From the human T2T-CHM13v2.0 reference genome, Homo sapiens: DNA of 64,000 nucleotides. The notes beneath the pieces were generated by a model that was given only the letters and a program-made list of their open reading frames with translations, was not told the origin of the DNA and ran no database searches. The DNA is taken from NCBI RefSeq assembly GCF_009914755.1, contig NC_060927.1, one strand, 5' to 3'. The translations under genes and the position numbers were made by a program. Of this stretch, positions 58,703 to 64,000 are shown piece after piece (positions within the stretch are counted from its first letter, which is position 1; each line of letters starts with the position of its first letter).

Positions 58703-60587
58703 TATACTAGAAAAAGCTAAATATTTCACAAAAATCTTTTATATTTGATAAATCAATAAAATTGCAGGATAAAAAACAAAAAATAACAAGTAATGTTTCT
58801 GTACACCAATAATGAACTATCTGAGAAATAAATCAAGAAGATAATGCCATTTACAATGCTGACCAAAAAAAAAAAAACTGAAATGAAACACCTAGGAATA
58901 AATAGAACCAAGGAGGAAAAAATCCTCTAAAGTAAAACTACTGAACACTAATGAAAGAAACTGAAAGATGCACAAACACATGGAAAGACATCCCATGTTC
59001 ATAGATAGATTGGTATTATCAAAATAACCACACTACCCCCAAAAAATCTACAGATTCAATGCAATTACTGTAAAAACACTAATGGCATTTTTCACATGAG
59101 TAGAAAACAGATACCTAAAATTTGTATGGAACCAAAAATATCCCAAGTTGTCAAAGCAATCCTGAGCACAAAGAACAAATCTGGAGTTATCACACTACTT
59201 GACTTCAAAATATATTAAAAGTTTAGTGTAATCAAAACTGCATGATACTGGTACCAAAGTAGATACACGGACTAATGGAATAGAATAGAGAGCTCTGAAA
59301 TAATGTTGCACACTTAAAATCATGTGATCATCAAGAAAGCTGACAAAAACTAGCAATGGAGAAAGGACTCCCTTTTCAATAAACAGTGCTGGAATAACTG
59401 GCTAGTCATATGCAGAAGATTGGGACCACACTCCTTCCTTCTACCACATACAAAAAAACTCAAGATGAATTAAAGACTTAAATGTAAAACCCCTAACTAT
59501 AAAATCCCTGGAAGATGACCTAGGAAATACCATTCTGGACACAGGAACTGGCAATATTTCATGATGAAGATACCAAAAGCAATTGCAACAAAAGCAAAAA
59601 TCGACAAATGGGATTTAATTAAGCTAAACAGCTTCTGCACAGCAAAAGAAAGCATCAACAGAATAAACAGACAACGTCCAGAATGGGGAGAAACTATGTT
59701 CAAACTATGCATCTGACAAATGTGTAATATCCAGAATACATAAAGAACTTGAATAAATTTATAAGCAAAAACCAATAAATTCAGTTAAAAAGTTTGCCAA
59801 GGATATAAACAGTTTTCAAAAGAATATATACATGCAGCCAAGAAGCATATGAAAAAAAGCTCAACATCATTGATCATTAGAAAATGTAAATCAAAATCAC
59901 AGTGAGATACTATTTCATACCAATCAGAATGGCTATTACTAAAAAGTCAAAAAAATAACAGTTGCTGACAAGGTTGCAGGGAAAAGGGAACACTTATACA
60001 CTGTTGGTGGAAGTATGAAGTAGTTCAACCATTGTGGAAAGCAGTGTGGCAATTTCTCAAAGACCTAAAAACAGAAATAGCATTTGACCCATTTTGGGGT
60101 ATGTACCCCCAAAATAGAAATTGTTTTACCATAAAAACACATGCACAGGTATGTTCATTGCAGTACTATTCACAATAGAGAAGACATGAAATCAACCTAA
60201 AATGTGGTACATTTATGACACGGACTACTATGCAGCCATAATAAAAAAAAGTGAGATCATGTCTTATGCAGAAATATGCATAGTTCTGGGGCAATTATCT
60301 TAAGCAAACTTATGCAGGAACAGAAAACTAAATACCGCGTGTTTTCATTTATTAGTGGAGGCTAACAATGAGAATGCATGGATAAAAAGAGAGGAACAAC
60401 AGACTCCGAGGCCTACATGAGGGTGAATGGTGAGAGAAAGGTGGAGATTAGAACAAATAACTATCAGGTACTATGCTTAGTACCTGGATAATGAAATAAT
60501 TCTTACCTCAAACCCCTGTGACATGAGTTTACCTGTATGACAAACCTGTCCATGTACCCCTGAATGTTAAATAAAAGTTTAAAAAAT

Positions 60588-63295
60588 TAGAAAATCAAAT
60601 TGAACAATATGTAAAAGAATTACATGCTACAATCAAGTGGTACTTATCACAATTATGCAAAGCTGATTTAACATTAGAAAAAGCACTTAATGTAACCCAT
60701 CATATCCATAGCTTCATGAAGAAAACTCACATGATCACTGAAAGATGCAGGAAAAGCATTTTACAAAATTTAGTGATTCATTACAAAAACTCTCAGTAAG
60801 CTAGAAATAGGGGATAATTTCTTCAACTTGATAAGGAATATCTACAAAAATCTCTCTTGGCTAGCATTATAGTTAATGGTGAGAAACTAGAACTTTTCTA
60901 CAAAGAGCAGGAACAAGGCAACGATATTCCTTCTCACCATTGCTTTTGAACGTACTAGAAGTTTTAGCCATTGCAATAAAACAAGAAATAAAATGAAACA
61001 TATATTGATTGAGAAGGAAGAAGAAGAACTATTTTTTTATTTGACATAATCATTTATATAGAAAATCCAAAAGGATTGACAAATAAACTCCTGGAATTAG
61101 TGATTACAGCAAGGTTGCAGGATGCAAAGTTAATATGCAGTAGTCAATTACTTTCATATATACAGCAATGAGCAAATGGAATTTTAAATTAAAATACAAT
61201 ACTACTTACATTAGCATCCTTAAATGTATGAAATGCTCAGGTGTAAATATACTAAACATTTACAAGGTCTATATGAAGAAAATTATAAAACACTGACGCA
61301 GTAACCTAAAAACAGAGAGCTATTCCATGTTTACATATGGAAAGGCTCAGTATTTTCAAGATGTTATTTTTTTTCTCAGTTTGACCTATAAATTCAATTT
61401 AATCTTAATCAAAATGACATCATGTTACTTTGGAAATATAGACAAATGAATTTAAAGTTTATATAAAGAGGAGAAAGATCCAGAATAACTAACCCAATAC
61501 TGAAGAAGAAGGAGAACAAAGTTGGAGGATGTACACTATCTTGACTTCAAGTATTACTAATAAACCTAAAGTGATCAGACAGTGTGGTATTAGGGAAAGA
61601 ACAGATAATTAGTGGAATAGAATAAATAGCCCAGAAATAAGTCCAAATAAATATCATCAATAGACCTTTGACAAGTTGTCAAATGCAACACAATGAAGAA
61701 AATATAGTCTTTTCAATAAATGCTATTGAAACAATTGGATATCTGCATTCAAAAAAAGTGAATCTAGATACAGATTTTATACCCTTCACAGTTAACTCAA
61801 AATCGATAACGGATCTAAATGTAAACACAAAACTATAAAATTCCTAGGAAATAACACAAGAGAAAATGCATGAATCGTTGAGTTTGGCAATGACACATTA
61901 GATGTCAGACCAAATGCGTGATCTATAAAAGAACGAATTGATAACCCTGACTTCATTAAAATTACACATTTATGCTCTCAGAAAGACACTATCAAGAGAA
62001 TGAAAAGACAAGCCACTAAGTGGTAGAAAATATTTGCAAAAGACATACCTGACAAAGGACCACCATTCAAAATATATTAAAAAAAACCCTCAAAAACTCA
62101 ACAACGAGAGAACACCACAATTAAAAAACAGGCCTTTAGCCAGGCGTGGTGGCAGGTGCCTGTAATCTCAGCTACTCGGGAGGCTGGGGCAGGAGAATCG
62201 TGTGAACCTGGGAGCAGGAGGCTGTGGTGAGTCAAGATAGCGCACCTCACTCCAACCTGAGTGACAGAGAGAGATTCTGTCTCAAAAAAAAAAAAAAAAA
62301 AATAGGCCAAAGACCTTAACACACACTTTATCAAATAATATTTACAGATGACAAATGAGCATATTAAAATATGTTCCACATCATAGATCAACAGGATAAT
62401 GCAAATTAGAACAACAATGAGATATCACCCCACAGTATTATAGTAACCACAGTCCAGACCACTGACAACACCAAATGGTGTCAATGATGTGAAATGATGG
62501 AAACTCTCACTTATTGTTGGTGAGGATGCAAAATGGTATAGCCACTTTGAAAGACAGTTAAATAGTTTATTATAAAATTAAACATAGCTTTACCATATGA
62601 TCCACCAATTTTATCCTTGGTTTTTACCCAAAGGAGGTGAAAACCATATTGTACAAAAACCTGCACAGAACATATATAGCAACTTTATTCATAATTGCCA
62701 AAACTTGGAAGCAACCAAGATGCCCTTAATTAGGTGAATAAACTGGTATATCCAGACAATGGAATACTATTTAGTGGTAACAAAGATAAACTATCAAGCC
62801 ATGAGAAGACATAAAGGAAACATAAATGCTTATTATGAAGTGAATCAAGTCACTCTGAAATTGCTCCATGCTGTATTATTCCAAATATATGACACTCTGA
62901 AAAAGCACAAAACTGTGGAGACTGAAAAATCTGTGGTTTCCAGGTATAAGGGGAAGACGGAGGATGACCAATTGGAGCATGAAGGATTTTCAGAGCAATG
63001 AAACTATTTTTTATGATATGTTAATGGTGATACAAGTCTTTAAACATTAGTCCAAAGCCAGAGACTATACTACACCAATCATAAACTCTCATGTAAATAA
63101 TGGGCTTTGGATGATAACGGTGTGTTGATGTACATTCTCCAGTGGTAGCAAATGTAACACTCTGGTAGGGGATATTAATCATGGGGAAAATATACATGTG
63201 TAAGGGCAGACAGCATATTGGAAATCTTTGAACCTTCCTCTCAGTTTTGCTGTGAAAATAAAATGCCCTATACAATGAATTCTATTTTTAAAAAT
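60588..63295 (+). mobile_element. Old L1M (L1MB/MC) ORF2 3' half and 3'UTR
   Basis: AAAAACTCTCAGTAAGCTAGAAATAG; TTACCATATGATCCACCAATT; GGAAATCTTTGAACCTTCC...TTTTGCTGTGAA. Confidence 0.88.
62135..62302 (+). mobile_element. Alu right arm only (5'-truncated)
   Basis: TTAGCCAGGCGTGGTGG...poly(A); TSD AAAAAACAGGCC/AAAAAATAGGCC. Confidence 0.93.
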
Positions 63296-63642
63296 CTCAA
63301 AGATTACAGGACCAGTATACATGTAACTGGATAATCTGACTTAATAAGTAAAGTTGTTTGCATTCTGAGGTGGCATACCCTATATTAACTGATCTCCTGT
63401 TGCACCTACATGTTGCAGTGTTGTAAAAGTTTCTATCCAAAAACTCATAATTGAAAATCTCAATTTTTCAAAGCCTAGATATAAGAAAGCAATTTTTTGA
63501 CAGAAGTATTTTGTTCCCTCCTTCCTAAAAATTTTATTCCTTAATTATTGTTTATTGTCTAACACATTCCTCACTACAGTAGGACTATGAGTGTAATATT
63601 AATTTTTTTTTTGAAAAAAGAGAATAAAACAACAGGAGGGGA

Positions 63643-63832
63643 CAGAGTGCATAGTGATTAAGAGCATTGACAATGGCTTAGTCCATGACTCTGTGACTAA
63701 TGCACATTGTGTCTCAGTTTCCTAGGTTACAAATAGGAGACACTGAAAATAACTACCTTAAAGGATTGACTTTTATGTAAAACTGCCTAGACCAGTACCT
63801 GGGATTGAAAACTGTGTAAGTGTTAATTATTA
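63643..63832 (+). mobile_element. MIR
   Basis: CATAGTGATTAAGAGCAT...GTGTCTCAGTTTCCT. Confidence 0.7.
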
Positions 63833-64000
63833 CTAACCAAGAAAATTCCTACACAATGAATCCAATATAACATAGAAAGAATATGTCCAACATTTTTCAA
63901 ATATTGTCCAAAAAAAATGACCCTTTCTAAACTCTTCACCTTTTCACATTGGACATACCTAGTTGTGTCAGCTACTTATCATAGAAGAGAGTTTTAAGTA

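Overview
Primate (human-like), AT-rich DNA made up mostly of interspersed repeats. I find no supportable host protein-coding or RNA gene; the listed ORFs are decayed L1, Alu or HERV-H frames, microsatellite artefacts or chance frames. Contents: nested L1 elements of several ages, about a dozen Alus, MaLR and ERV1 LTRs, L2/MIR and hAT/mariner MITE relics, a ~620-bp alternating purine-pyrimidine satellite, and a minus-strand HERV-H provirus (42785-49231). I see no convincing new biological system. The best signals are structural: (1) the HERV-H has three mosaic LTRs inside one target-site duplication (TSD); (2) a young L1PA carries a ~390-bp 3' transduction with its own AATAAA and poly(A); (3) two local templated duplications about 1 kb from their donors, one beside a half-MADE1; (4) two 5'-inverted L1s; (5) a fold-back plus tandem duplication scar. 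Subfamily names come from remembered consensus sequences, and boundaries of old repeats are approximate.
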